A stretch of 64,000 nucleotides of DNA from Camelus dromedarius (Eukaryota): NCBI RefSeq assembly GCF_036321535.1, contig NC_087437.1, positions 19,470,001-19,534,000 of the forward strand, in the 5' to 3' direction. The notes below the pieces were generated by a model. The model was not told the DNA's origin and did no database searches. It saw only the letters and a list, made by a program, of their open reading frames with translations. The translations under genes were made by a program, and so were the position numbers. Below, piece after piece: positions 13,026 to 27,089 of this stretch. Numbering within the stretch: the first letter of the stretch is position 1; each line of letters opens with the position of its first letter.

Positions 13026-15039
13026 GTGGCTGTGGTGATGATGACACAATGAGGGAAAAGCTGCTGCTACTGATGATCAGAGTAAGGAGGGTAGAGGAAA
13101 AAGATGGTGGCAGTGTGCTTGTGATCAGCAGCTTCAAAAAAGGCTCCCGGTGATTCTCACCTCCTAGTAGTCCCCTGTAGACCCCTCCCATTGAGCAGGG
13201 GCTGGACCTAGTAACTTGCCTCTATGATTTAAGCACAGAGCCTGGCCCAGAGGAGGGCTGGGTGGAGACTGAACAGGGCACTGGTCAGCTGGGGAGTGGA
13301 CCTGTATCCTGGTACTGGCAAGCCCTAAGCACCTCCTCAGGTCCATAGAGAAGTTGTCCTGGGTATGTTCCGAGAAATGGCGTGAAGATAAAGAACTCTC
13401 AACCCAGGCGGGCTGTAGTTTCTTCCCGCCTACTCTGAGGCAGCATGGAGAAGAAAGCAGCCTGCTGGTGCTTTCTCAGGGAGGGGGATGCTTTAGAGAG
13501 ATAGTATGTGCAGGGTGTGCGGAGCTACTCGCCAGGGCAGCCTTGTGATGAGTGTATCCAAAGAGGTGGCTGTTTTCCACCACTGTTAGGAAGCCTTTCG
13601 AAATTCTATTTCATTTTGGCAAAATATCATTTTTTTAGAGCCCTTAAAACATGTAACTGTAGCATCTCAGGTAACCTGGAGTTTTGATCTATTTTCCCCA
13701 AAGTTCCCAGAAATTGTAAATCAGAACATTAGTTTGTATGGGGGCATCAGTGGCGGTGCAGTGTGATGTTGGGAAGGAGAGTAAACAACATTTAGGAAGT
13801 GTCTGTCTGTCTTCTTCCTCGCGTGGGCACACCGAGCCACGCTGCTCTACAGTGACTTACCCTACCCCAGTCGCATCGCAGGCAGGAGGCTGCCGTGGGT
13901 GCACGTTCCCAGGCTCAGAACCGAGGTCAGTGCAACCGCATCATCTGTACACTCCAACTTGCTTCAGTTAAACACCCTCCCAAGCCCAAACTCACAGAAA
14001 TATAATAGGGCTGAAATGGACTCCCTCCAGGTGTCCACCGGGAGGATAAACCAGGTTCTGATCTGAGCGCAAGTCTCATCAGACACAAGGCCAGATGCAT
14101 GCCATACAAGTGAGTCATCTGCCCTGTCATGCCATGGCATCCAGCGAGACGAAGCAAGCACGGGGGACTCCTGCTCCTGGGAAAGGCTCCTCATCAGTAA
14201 GCACTGAACGGGGTCCTCAGAGTGAGCTGCCGCTGCCACTGAAGGATTTAACACGTTGAGAAGGTGACATACGGCGTTCTTGGAATTTATCATTAAACTG
14301 GAGTCAGGGCCAAAAGAGTCAACCTCTAACCTGTCCCCTCTCCAGTTTACTGCCTCCCGCTTACAGCCGTCCCGACGGCATTTCATCCGGCTTCTCAAAC
14401 ACAACATGCAGCTTCCTTTCTCTTGGCTTTTGTAAACGCTTTCCCACCACCTGAAATGCCCTCCTCACTCCTGCCTTCAAGGTTTTCTCCTTGGGGTTGC
14501 TACCCAAGCCTCCCCTTACTCCCCGCCAACCCCGACCCCGTGCTAACCGTACTGTTACACATTGTATCATCCTCTTCCTTCCTCCACCGCAGACCTGTCA
14601 TTGCTTTGTTTCCACATTACTCTTCCCCAAGCAGAAGGGGAACTCCTCCTGGGGGTTTCTCATTCCTCTAGGCCCCTCCACTCCTGCAGTGTGCCTGGTG
14701 CAGGTGATTAGAAATGCGTGTAGCATGAATGAGAGGAGTGAATGTCTCCAACCAAGCATCCTCCTTCTCGGACGGTGACATCCTCTCTTTGGTTCTATCC
14801 TATGAAGTCCATGGACTGGGACTTCCAGGGATATAAACTGACCCTTCCAACTTCTGAGAGTCACGTAAGACCCTTCCCCGAGTCCCTGTTCCATCCAATT
14901 CAGACCGAAATCAAACAAAGTATTCCTGCCCTGGTGTGCCACCTTAGATGCCAGGATCCCATCAACATGGGTACACCACGGCCTCCTGCACACTGACACC
15001 AAGGTCATTCCTCCACCCCAGAGAACTAGGGGTCATCAG

Positions 15040-15476
15040 TTGCAGCTTTGCTTGGCAAAGGGACTTTGCAGATGTGATTAAGAGTCAGAAATGGGGAGGG
15101 TATCCTGGATGATCCAGGCGGGCCTGATTTTAACATGATTAGGGTCCTACTAAGAGGGAGGCAGGAGGGTCAGATAGATAAAGACATACGGACTGAAGCA
15201 GTGACCCAGAGGAAAGATGCTCTGCTGCTGGCTTTGAAGCTGGAGGGAAGGGCCATGACTGAGCAGTGCAAGTGGCCTCTAGAAGCTGGAATTAGCAAGG
15301 AAATGGATTCTCCTGGGAGCCTCCAGAAGGAGTGCAGCCCTGCAGACACTCTGATTTCAGACTTCCGACCTCCAGAACTAGAAGAAAATAAAATTGTGTG
15401 GTTTGAAGCTAATGATTTGTGACAATTTTGAAGCTAATGATTGTGACTATTACAGCAGACATAGGAAACTCAGACA
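15040..15476 (+). mobile_element. MaLR LTR fragment (MLT1C/D-like) with an internal ~25-bp tandem duplication at 15402-15450
   Basis: Motifs gggactttgcagatgtgattaag; gcctctagaagctgga; gacttccgacctccagaact; cagcagacataggaaact. Confidence 0.75.
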
Positions 15477-15817
15477 CTCGCCTATTTAGGGGCAGGCTTT
15501 CTGAAGAGGCCTTCCAGCTGGGGCAGGAAAGGCACAGGGGTTGAGCTGGTGAGGATGTGGACGTGTGTCAGGCCCAGGGAAAAGCACTACAGAGGTTCAG
15601 AAACCGCCACTGGAGGTGGGCGATGAGCTAACAGCATGTTGATGTGAGCTCACGTGCGGGTGGCCCAAGATGAGGGATCCTTACGGTGTAAGGATCACGC
15701 AGGACCCGCAGGGGTCTGTGGAGTCTAGATTTCATCCTACAAGCAATGAGGACCTGCTGAAGGATTTTAAACAGGGGTGTGATTTACTCATTTTTCTGTT
15801 TCAGAAAGAGCTCTCAA

Positions 15818-16072
15818 TTAGGGGTTTGGGATTAAAATATACACAATACTGTATATAAAGTAGATACACAACAAGGACCTACTTATAGCACAGGGAACTA
15901 TATTCAGTATCCTGTAACAACCAATAATGGAAAAGAATCTGAATATATATATATACACATACACATATATATGTATGTATATGTGTAACTGAATTGCTTT
16001 GCTGTACACCTGAAAGTAGCGTTGTAAATCAACTACACTTCAATAAAAAATAAGAATTGGGGAAAAAAAAAA
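15818..16072 (+). mobile_element. L1 3' end (artiodactyl L1_Art/L1MA-like)
   Basis: Motif caacaaggacctac..tagcacagggaactatattca, AATAAA and an A tail. Imperfect TSD AAAGAGCTC(T/C)CAA on both sides. Confidence 0.8.
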
Positions 16073-17849
16073 AAAGAGCTCCCAAGTGCTCCCAGGATGG
16101 TGCATCAGGAAGCTCCAGGATGGTTACCCCTGGGACCCCTCTGCCTGGTGAAGGTCAGGCAGTCCCCAGCTTCCCAGAAGATGGCCTTTCCTGCTGCCTA
16201 CATTTCACCTCAATCACCAGGGAATGTGATGCTGGCCAGTGCCCCCCACGCACTAAATTCTAACTAAGTGCGTGCCCCTCGGCCCATTTGTCACAGGCCA
16301 TCGCAGAGACACAGAAAGGAAAGGCGAGCTGGGAAGGTTAAGTGCCGTCACTGCAGATGTAATGTACTAATGCTCATTGCTTGGGAGACAGTCAATTTAC
16401 CTTTCCCCGCAGTGAGTGCCTCTAACGGGACCTGGCCCGGGAAAGTGGCTGAAAACAGCCCTGTTTATTATAGACATAAAGCAGATGGCTTCGGGCAGAA
16501 TGGAAATGGATTCCACAAACATCTTTCATTACGCAGACCTCTTGACTGGACTCCTCATCTTAAAGAAAACAAGAGACGCAGTTTATATTTGTGGGGTTGA
16601 TGAGCCCATTTTTCAGGATCTGGGGACATCGTTTCCATCCGTGTGAGTGTGCTAACTTCTCCGGGGCAATCAACCTTCACACAGACTCTGGGCACTTTTT
16701 CTTTTTGACTTTGCTAGATTCACCCGCTGTTGCTACGGGCACGTGGTGCTGCTAAGAACAAAAGCAGAGCCAGCCTCCTCTGTCACGTGAGGATCCTCTG
16801 CCAGCCACCCCTTGGAGGAAACAAACATGCCAATTAAGTGCTTGTCCTAATTATGAGACTCGCAGGAAAGCAGGCAGCCTGGCTCTTCAGTTCTGAGAAC
16901 TTTCGAAAGATCTGGAGGAGCCCAAGAAATGGAACGAGGTCTCTTGCAACCCCACGTTCGGGAGCTGGGACTGATTTCAACGGCCACAGGAGGGAGTAAC
17001 ACTACTGCGTTCATCGAGTGATAGGCTAGGAGCTGTGCTCATCATACACATCGGCGCTGACTCTTTCACCTCACCTGGAAGCCAGGGCTGGTGCTTGCAA
17101 CTTCTCCGAGCCGCATCGAACCACATGGAAAATGCGGGTAACTACACGTACCTCCTAGGGCTGTCTGGAGGGTTACGGGAGTTGACCCACCTAGCACAGA
17201 ACCCATAGGGGGTTCTTCAGAAATATTAGCTCTTTTTTCTTTCTTTTCATTATACTTAAAACAGAATTTATCATCCCCACATCTGCTTCCATATACCTGT
17301 TTACCATGTGTGAAAAAGCTCCACCGTTTTGCCGCTACAGGCAATTAAAACCTGGCAGGCTTTAGGACCACATCAGCATCCCCTTCCTGGGAGGCAGCTC
17401 ACTCAGACCAGCTTGAGATGTCTTCACAGAAGAGTGCTTCCATAAAGGCCACTTCCACACACCACTGCTGTGGTTTCTGTCTGGCTTCCACCAAAACCAT
17501 CAGCAATAAGCATCACTTATCCCCAGAATTGAGTTAAGAGTTAAGTGAGAAACAGAGGAATGGGTAGTTTAATGTCATTCTGGTAGAAATAAGATCTTCT
17601 GAAGATGAAGAAGAAATAAGCCCCAAATCACAGCCAACTTGCCAACTTGGAACAAAGAAGGTAGAAGAGGGGGTAGAAGGTGAGAAGAAGCACCTGGGGT
17701 CTGCTGTGAGGAGTGCAAAATAGCAGACAATTAAAATCACAACCGACTGGCTCTTGTGCTAGTGCCTTGGAAGTACAGGGATAAATGAAATCTGGCCCCT
17801 GTCCTCGAGAGGGTCACAGTCTCACAGGAAGAACAGACATCGAGGACAT

Positions 17850-18282
17850 CAGGTAGGGCAGAGTCTACTGGTGAGCTCCCAACATCCACTCTCCCCATCT
17901 TTGGCTGGGCATGTTGCTACATTCCCCAGTCTCCTCTGCAGCAGGATGAGGCCATGTGACTAAGGCCTGGCCAGGGATCTGTGTATAAGAGTGTTGGGTG
18001 AGACTTCCAGGAACCCTCTTTAAAAGGGAAGCTGCAGGCCTTTTCCCTCTTTTCCACTCTTGCTGTCTAGAATGTGATTGCTGGAGTATGGCAGCTAGAT
18101 TGGACCCTAAGGATAAGGACCACCCAGGTTTGGTAGAGAATAAACCAAGAGAAAGCCAGGACCCTGATGACCCAGACTGCCGATCCCCAGGTTTCTTTTA
18201 CTAGGGGGAGAAATAATCTCCTAAGCCACCACTATTTTCTATTGTCTGTGATATGCAGCTCAACCTAATTCTAACTGGTATA
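17850..18282. mobile_element. Old MaLR LTR (MLT1-type)
   Basis: Motifs ggccatgtgactaag..ctggcca and gcagct..acctaattctaactggtata. Boundaries approximate. Confidence 0.5.
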
Positions 18283-19219
18283 CTGATACCTAATGAATGT
18301 TAACTGACTTAGGATATAAAGGAATGAAAAGTGAGTGAACTTTTAGAAGTTTCTATTGCCCCAGTTAAACCTGTTTTACATGCAGAAACTCAAATGGATA
18401 TGGTTTCAAAGGGAAAATACACCTAAGAGAAAAATTCTACCAGACTTAGTTTTTTATACGAATTTTTCATGGGAGGAAAAGTCCTTACTCAGGACTCTAC
18501 AAGGCTGAAACACGCAGCGGAGAATCTGCTTTTCTGTAGATCACAAAAGCCAGACTCTGTCCTATCTCCTTTCCCCCAAAACAGATTCATTATGGTGCAT
18601 TGTCACACTCTGCTTCAAGTGGGCATTTGCCATATGGCTTGGCAGTTTAATAGTTTTCTGATACTTGACAAAAATGAAGCCCAATCATTTTGCAAGGAGT
18701 TTGCGTTCCTAGATGGGTCTTTTCCAAATAACAGCTGTGCCTCAAAATTGAGTTACTCAATTTGCAATTTGTGGACACAATACTCAAACATTTACAAGTG
18801 AGCAAAACCTCAAATCGCATGGGCTATTTCCAGGCTTCAGAGTTTATGAAGTTTTTAGCAATGTTATGAGTGTGCAGCTGTCGACAAGCTCAAGCCAACA
18901 TCTCTGAACTACCAGACCCAGCAGGCAGAAGAGATGTCCTACTTAAGCAGCATGTGGAGCAGACCACAAACCCTCGAGAGAAAAAGAACATGAGGGAGAG
19001 AAATGAGCCTCACGCCAAAGTCTATACACTAATTCCTTAGCCCTTCATCTCTGCTCCATATCCCATCTGTGGAGATGACACCCGAATCTACTGCTCTAGT
19101 CCTGACCTTGCTGATGGCCCCTACAAGTCCATGAGTAGTCACCTGGCACTGGCTCGATAACAAGGCAGACAGACATGGATTCAAAGCCAATTAGCATTTC
19201 CTAACTGAATGACCTTGGG

Positions 19220-19560
19220 TGTATCAGTCAGGAGAAGACAGGCGAGGTGCATTAACAAATAACCCCCAAGTCTCAGTAGCTTAAAACAATGAAGGTTTAT
19301 TTCATGTACCTTTATCTGCCCAGTCCATGCTGGCTGGGGGCACTGCTCTGCCTCATCTTTGTCTCTCAATCCAGGACTCAAGCTAGTGAAGTCTCCACCT
19401 GGAATATAGTCAGTCACTTCCAGGAGGCTCTGGAAGGTTGCTTGACCTCAAATGGCCACATATTGCTTCCAACAACCCCACTCACCTTTGGTGAGCTGGA
19501 AAATACAACCTGACTCTGTGTCCTGAAGGTGGAGACCCAGAGATATTTGGTGAACAGCCC
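19220..19560. mobile_element. Old MaLR LTR (MLT1-type)
   Basis: Motif tgtatcagtcagga...taacaaataacccc..tctcagtagcttaaaacaa..aaggtttatttc. Confidence 0.55.
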
Positions 19561-20840
19561 TGTGCCTGTGAGCTAGCCAACCACTCTGAGCCACACAGAA
19601 AATGGAGATTATTACACATACCCCTCAGATTGTGAAGGAGGTTATCACAGTTCACTGTGTAGGCCAGTGCCTGGCCCATATGACTTTCTCCAGAAATATT
19701 ACCTCCTTTAACCTTTCTTTGTGTTCAAAACAGAACTCACCACCTCCCACAGATGCTTCTGGCTGCCCATACCCCTCACCTGAAAAAGATTCCACTGTGT
19801 TCTAGTCACCCGTGACCAAAACCTGCCAGTTAGCTATGACATCTCTCCATCCTTCATCATGTCTCCCCAATACAACTAGTCTCCAGGTACGGCCAATATT
19901 CTCTGCATAAGGTCCTCACCTTCCATCACGACTGAGACCCTCCCTACTATAGGATTTCATCACTTTCTTGTATCACTTAGGGAAACTGCAAATGAGAAAT
20001 GAGCTTTGGTTATCTTAGTTCCCTTCCCCACCAAAGGCAAAGCAGTGAAGGAGCATGGAATTATCTGAAGGCCACCAGGCCATCACTCGGAATAAAGGAA
20101 GAGCTGAACAGGAGATCTCAGGGTGGACAGGAGACAGGGCAGTGCCATGGTCCCAGCCTGGACAGGGTCCCATGGTACAGACATGGTCACTGGGGCTCAC
20201 ACCAGTGGACAGTGCTGATCCCAGGGAAAGGCAGTTGATGTGGGCTGGACAGCCTCGATCTTGCCCCCTGGGGATGGCTTCCACATTTGGTAAAGTGGGA
20301 GAAACTCTGGAATCTCATCCCCACTACCAATTTGGCCCCAATCCAGCCTTTTTTCAATATGCTGAACAGATTAACCAGTTTTAAAGTTTGGCTTCAATCA
20401 CTCAAACTGATGTGATAAACTGTCGAGTGTTTACCATGCACCAAGCACTGTATAAAATCTGGGCCTTTATGCTAAGCCAGTGACGAAGTCTTCAGTAACT
20501 TGTTCTCCACTGCCCATGTCCTTCACTGGTGTAGAACTTCGGCGGCTCTGGCCTCCTCCGACCTCTCCTAACTGTCTCCCAGCGACCCGCTTCGGCCCCT
20601 ACAAGTGCTCCACATCCTCACCAAGATGAGACCACCTGCCTGCCAAGCTCTGCTGTGCCTTCTGAATCTTCCTGCTTCTGAGGCCTCTGTTGATGCCACT
20701 TCCTGGAGCTAGAATGGTCTCTTCCATGTCAACCCTCCCACACAGCTCCCCCCAGTGGCCTGCCTGGATGTCAGTGTTTCCTCCTTGACCTCTTCAAGCT
20801 GTCAGTCTTGAATATCGTCCGGCCCCCTCACTCTTCTCAC

Positions 20841-20911
20841 CTAGCCCACTGTAAATCCCTGAGGGTTCTAATGCAGACAGGAAGGCAGACAAGGAATGTT
20901 CACCTTATTCA
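20841..20911 (-). other. Candidate internal non-coding (5'UTR) exon of NMNAT3, 71 nt
   Basis: Strong acceptor cttttcatttttatcttgtcccccag| (AG at 20913-20912) and donor TAG|GTGAGA (20841/20840). It lies in non-repetitive sequence between exon 1 and the coding exon and contains no ATG. Confidence 0.4.
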
Positions 20912-23739
20912 CTGGGGGACAAGATAAAAATGAAAAGTAGATCAAAATGAGAGCCAGGGAGCACTGGCCACTTCATGGCATGGTCTTGGCTGAAGCAGGC
21001 AGAAGTCACTGAGGAGGAAACATCCCCTAAACCAGAGCAGCAGAGCCCCAGGCTCATCCACCCTCCCATCTTGCTTCTCGCTTCCAACACCCAAGTCTTC
21101 CTGGTCCCCAGTTGGCTTTATTTTACCCCGTGCAAACTTCTGTCTCGCCATCTGGGCTGTCAGCTCCTTTCCTGACTGGAATTTTGCACTCACCCCATGA
21201 ATTGTGTCTGTTGCCTTGACTGGGCCCCACCCAGGATCCTGATTCCTGACTCCCACCTCAAGGGCATAATTTGATTCCTCTCCCTGTCTCTGCCCGTGCC
21301 TTGTCCAGGGTGCGTGCCCAGGGCCCCACTCTAGTCTGGCAGGGGGCAGTGAGCCACAGTGAGTGCTGGGAAAGAAGATTCACACTCTCCATAGCCCTGG
21401 GGGTTTTCCTATATGGCAGCAAAATGCAGAACTTTTCACGATCATAACGATGGCAGGGGATGTGCCCAAACCCTGCTAGTGCCCAAGCCACAAAACTGGC
21501 AGCCATCTGGGCTCTTCCCTCTCCCTGGCCTTGACAGCCTGTCAGTTACAATGCTGTAATATCTTTATTTTCCAGCCCTCTCTCAAATTCCACAGTTGCT
21601 GCCTTAGATTGGGGCTCATTATTTCTTCTCAATTGGACCTGAGTGAACTCTTAACCTGTCTCTTGTCTCCAGTCTCACCTCTGATCCATCTTCGGCTCAG
21701 CTGCCCAAGGGACCTTTTAACACACATATCTGGTCCCTGCTTAATCCCCTGCCACCCAGTCGCATCCTGGATAACGCTGAGACTCCTTAGCATGGCATCC
21801 ATTGGTCCTTATAATCCAGTCATGACCTGTTTCACCAGTCTTATCACTTATGTGCCAACCCTTCTCTGTGCTTGATCCATCAAACTGCTTTCCATTCCAT
21901 CCCAGGTCCCCTTGGATTGAAATTTAGGATCAGCCTTAAAATCAAATGTAAAAATTCTAACAAAGAAGGCAATCTTGTTTAGCTCGTTTGCTCATTCACT
22001 CATTAGAAAAGAAAACAAGTTGCCACTGCTATCAAGCTCCTCCAGGCAACAGGAGGATGACAGGGAGCTCCTGAAATGCCTGGAAAGGCGAGGAGCTGGC
22101 CGGGCCCTCCGTGAAGGCAGGCCAGGCCAGTGGAGGCCCAGTGACCCACAGCAGGGGAGATGCAGGCAAGTCTTGCTGCTAAAGGATAGGAGAATTTCAC
22201 TGGACATAATATAAGCAAGTCCAGAGCAATCCTTTCCTATCTCATGTAATATAATTTCCTCTAGAAATTTTAAGCCAAGCCGCCCATCTTCCCTTCTTTA
22301 TTGTGCTATAAGCAGAACGCGATGGCCATAAGCAGATAACTGCAAATCTGTGCAGTGATCTACGAAGTCAGATCAGACCTGAGCCAGGTTTGGGGCTGTG
22401 ATGAATTAAAATTTTTAGCTGAGTTCATCCAACATATATTTAATGTTATGCATAATCACTGTTGGCCGGAAATGAGGCCCAAACGGTGGGCAGTTCATAG
22501 GAACAACTGCCGTCTCTGTGAGTCTTTAACAGACAAAACTTGTCTTGTTTCTTCCCCCAGTTCCTCCTTCAGAATCCAGTAGGACTGGCAGCACAGGCCC
22601 TGTCCATGTCCCCACCAAAGCTCACACACAAGACAACATTCCTCGTATGCACAAGGACGTGAACACGCCAACACTGAAGGCCATGGGGCACTTCCTCTGG
22701 CCTTGAACTGAGGCTGCCTGTGCTGGCACTTGAGGGGCCTCTGAAATGGAAAAAACTTGGTTTTTCGTTCCAAGCTCTGTGACCCCAAATAAGCCCTCAG
22801 TCCTCCAGAAAGTGAGGATAACCCCACACCCATGATCCGTGGGGGCGCCATGATGATGAACTTAAGAGACGCATTAGCACCAGGCCTCCTACACGGCTTC
22901 AAGAGGAGGAAGTCTTCTGTAACGAAGTTAGGGAACAGGATTCACACGTGCCAACCCTAGGTAAAGACACCACTGTCCATGACAGATTCAACCTGCTCTT
23001 GCCAGAGCAGACCAAATGAAGCCACTATTTGTCTGAGGACACCAGCCCTGATGCACAGAATCAGGGATTTAATGAAGCTAGTGTTCCAGCCGACTCGGGC
23101 CTAGGCTGGGAGAGTCAGAGGCCCAACATATCCACCAGCACGTCACATACAGCACTCTGGGTGACCTGTACCAGGCTCGCTCCCACAAAGTCAGTACTTG
23201 CTATCTTTCTTTACTATGCATGAATTAAAAAACTAGCCAAGACATTAATTTGCTCCCATGAGTTCTGAAGAACTAAATGCATTTAACTGGTTCACTCCGG
23301 CTGCTGGCATTTTTTTATAGACCATTGTGATACACAGTGATCTGTGAGTGTACGTGCCATTGCACGGGGTTCCTAGGAGCTGGAAAGGAGAGGATGCCCA
23401 GAGGCTCCCAGGGCAAGAAGGGTCCTTGGGGAACAAGAACATCCTGGGACCTCACGGGTAATGAGCAGAGCTAGAATTCAGTCAGGCCGGAAGAATTACA
23501 GAGCACCCCACACCCAGCAGCTAGGGTAAAGCCAGACACAGACATCTGGAGGTATCACCTTCAAAATTATGACAGTGAAGCTTCATCCCACAGGCTTCTG
23601 GCTCATGTAAATTCTCCTGCACGTGCTGGCCTCGCTAAATCAACAAAATAACAACTTAAGTGCAAAAGGAAATGGAACAAAAATGAAATAATTTAAGCTC
23701 ACTGTCTTCCATGAGCAGATGTTCCAGAAGGAGTGAGAT

Positions 23740-24265
23740 GTGGCAGAGATTTGGCTGGTCCTTCCTGTGGCATAGTGATTGCCAGCTCCCCTTGCTAACA
23801 AACCCCGATTTTGTTCAGAGACAAGAAGCACGGATCCAGACTGGAACCACGGCATCATGCCCACCTGGGTAGTCTGTCCCCTTGGGTGATTGGTCAGGTG
23901 TGGGCACGTGACCTGGTCCCAGCCAATGAGATGCGAGAGGAAGGGCCTGGAGGCCTCAGGGAAAGATGTCCTCACCCCATGAAAGAGCAGTGACAGGAAG
24001 TCTCTTTCTCTGCCCTTTCCTGCCCTGGACACTGGGGTGTAGGGATGTGACACTCGGGGCTGCCTCAGCTCTCCTGCTGCCCCGGAAGGGAAGGCCTAGA
24101 GTGTAGCAGAGAGCAAAGGCCACCCAGAGACCTGATCTCATCAAGTCACTGAATTAACCTAGTCCTACGTCTCTCTAGGCTTTATTACGCGAGCTCCTAA
24201 AATACCTTTATTGCTACAGCTGCTGCCGGTCAGGCTTCAGTGGACCAAGGTATCCACACAGATAC
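23740..24265. mobile_element. Old MaLR LTR (MLT1-type)
   Basis: Motifs gggcacgtgacctggtcccagccaatgagat and cagctctcctgc. Boundaries approximate. Confidence 0.5.
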
Positions 24266-24959
24266 ACCTCAGGAGGCCTTGGTTCTTGCCTCCCCCTCAC
24301 AGTGTGTACACATCCACAGGCCGAGTGTGATTCCAGAGTGAACACCTTCTGCATGACATGGTCCCTGAAGTCAAGGTGGCCAAGTCATCTGGGTTGCAAG
24401 CTGAAGAGAGACTGCCCCTGTGCTTGAGGACATTCTGCTTTGTGGGACCCAGGGAAGGCTGGTATGTTGAACCCCAGTGTGGCACTGTACTGGGACTTTC
24501 AAGGGACTGTTTTGAACAAACATGAGTTTTGGTTGACACTGGGCCCTCATAACCTAATCTCAGGGGAAGCTGCCTGCTAAGGCTCTTAACAGACCCTCTG
24601 AACTGCATTCACCCACTGTCCCCATGTCCCTGGCAGGGACCTCCTGGGGAACCTCTGTATCTGGTGGGACTGTCTTTGCATCTTTGATGGCTCCTAAGGA
24701 GAACACCCTCCTCACTTCAGCTCTCCACAGGCGGGGACAGCTCTGCCCTTCCTGCTTCAGTGCTGGCTGCTTGCCTATCTGTGCCTTTGGCCGAATGGTC
24801 CTGGTGACTCAAGGAAGCCTGAACACATCCACACTGTCATCTCTGTGCCTCTGCTCCTGCTGGTCTCTCTGCCTAGAATCCCCTTTCTACCCATTTCTAC
24901 CTATTAAACTTTGCTCCCCAGCACTCATCATATATTAGGCCCACATAAAAGGTCGCCTT

Positions 24960-25829
24960 AACAACAACCGAAACAAATAACCCCATTGAAAAAGGACTTG
25001 AATAGACATTTCTCCAAAGAAGACATACAAGTGGCCAACAAGCACGTGAAAAAATGCTCAATGTCACTAATCACTAGGGAAATGCAAATCAAAACTACAA
25101 TAAGATCCTACCTCATACCCATAAGGATGGCTACTATCAAAAACACAGAAAATAACAAGTGCTGGTGAGGAGGTGGAGAAACTGGAACCCTTGTGCACTA
25201 CTGGTGGGAATGCAAAATGGTGCAGCTACTGTGAAAAACAGTATGGAGGTTCCTCAAAAAATTAAAAATATAATTTCCATATAACGCATCAATTCTACCC
25301 CTGGGTAAAACCCAAAAGTATTGAAGGCAGAGTCTCAAAGAGATATTTGTACGTGCATGTTCACAGCAGAATGATTCACAATAACTAAAATGTGGAAGCG
25401 ACCCAAGTGTTCATTGATGGATGAACAGATAAGTAAAATGTGGTCTATACATACAATGGACTATTATTCGGTCTTCAAAAGGAAGGAAATTCTGTAACAT
25501 GCTACAACATGGATAAACCTCCAGGGCATTGCTGAATGAAAAAAGCATCAGGAAAAGACAAATACTGAATGATTCCACTTACATGAGGGACCTAGAGCAG
25601 TCAAAGAGTCATAGAGACAGGCAGCAGAACAGGCGGTGCCCAGGGGTTGGCTGGAGGGAAAGAGGAGTTGTGTAGTGGGGTATAGTTTCCGTTTTGCAAG
25701 ATGAAGAGTTTTGAAGATGGTGTATAATGGTGTGAATGCACTTAACGCTCCTGAACTATATACTTGGTTAAATGGTTAAGATGGTACATTTTATGTTTTG
25801 TGTATTTTACCAAGATTACAACTTTAAAG
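24960..25829 (+). mobile_element. 5'-truncated L1 (L1MA/MB-like; ORF2 C-terminus plus 3'UTR)
   Basis: ORF 24986-25168 ([37 protein letters not shown]) is L1 ORF2. Imperfect TSD TAAAAGGT(CG/TT)CCTT at 24946-24959 and 25830-25843. Confidence 0.9.
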
Positions 25830-27089
25830 TAAAAGGTTTCCTTTGGTGAGCCTTCTCTGCTGCCAGGCTCTGACTGTGCTGCATTGCCCATTAACCTCTG
25901 CCTTGCTTCCTTGTTTTCTGTTCTATCAGACCTACCCTGTTCTTAAACCAAAAGAATCACAGAGAAATAGAGCCAGAGCCCTGACTGAACTTCTAAAGTC
26001 AGTCCTATCTAGGGCATTTGATTATGTGAGCCAATAAATCCTCTTTATTAAGCAAGTTTGAGCTGGTGTCTTGTTACTTCAACCAAAATCACTCTAATTG
26101 CTAATGCACTTGATCTGAAATAGCAGAACACCAAGGATAAAGAAAAGATGCTAAAGATTTTTAGGGAATAAGAAAGCTCACAAAGGAATGAAAATAAGAC
26201 TGGTATCTGACCTCTCCTTTGCAACATTAGATGCAAAAGATAATGAGCCATGGCTGCAGGCTTCTGGGAGAAGATGACTTTGAATCTGGAATTCTCTAAA
26301 CGGCTAGACTATCATTTAAGTATAAAAAGACAGAGTAAATACATTTTAGACTTGAATGGACTCAAAGTTTTCCTCTCAGGCACTCTTTCTCAAGAAGTTC
26401 TTTAAGAGTGTGTTTCAGCAAAACCAGGGAGAAAAACAATAAAGCAGAGGGCAAAGGATCCAACCTCAGAGACTGGTGAAGCTAGCATGAGAGTTGAATT
26501 GGCAGCGGAGCACAGCCCAGGGCAGAACAGGAAAAGGTGGGCCTCTAAGAAAAAGGTGCACGCCGAGAGGCTGGATAAACTGAGTTTACAGTGAGAGTAT
26601 TTCTCTCTCAACTATAACTGGAAAAAAAAAAGTTCAAGTAAAACAAAATCCTATATAATAATATAATGTAAATTAAAATGTGATACAATTTTAAGCCCTT
26701 GATGGAATCTGAGAAAACAAAATTCATTTGATTCTGATATTAGGAATTTCCCTTTGAGTGGTCCAGGGCTACCTGACCCTGGAGTGAACATTCATGCAAT
26801 CCAAATGATTTAAATGCTATGTAATGGTTTTCAACTTTTATAGTCAGTCTAGTGAAAGGTACGGAAGACTCAATTGTGAATGCAGAATAGAAAGACAATG
26901 TTAACACCCTTGGCAACGTTAGAATAAAGTTACCACAAGGGAAGTGGTCAGGGAAAGGATAATGGGACAAACAGGAGAAGCTCCAGTTTATCGTGTTACC
27001 TCATAGACAGTCTAGATACTGATTACAGTTTATGAATAAGAAACAAGAGATTTGGCTGTGAGTAACAGATATGGGGAAAGTAGTGCTTT

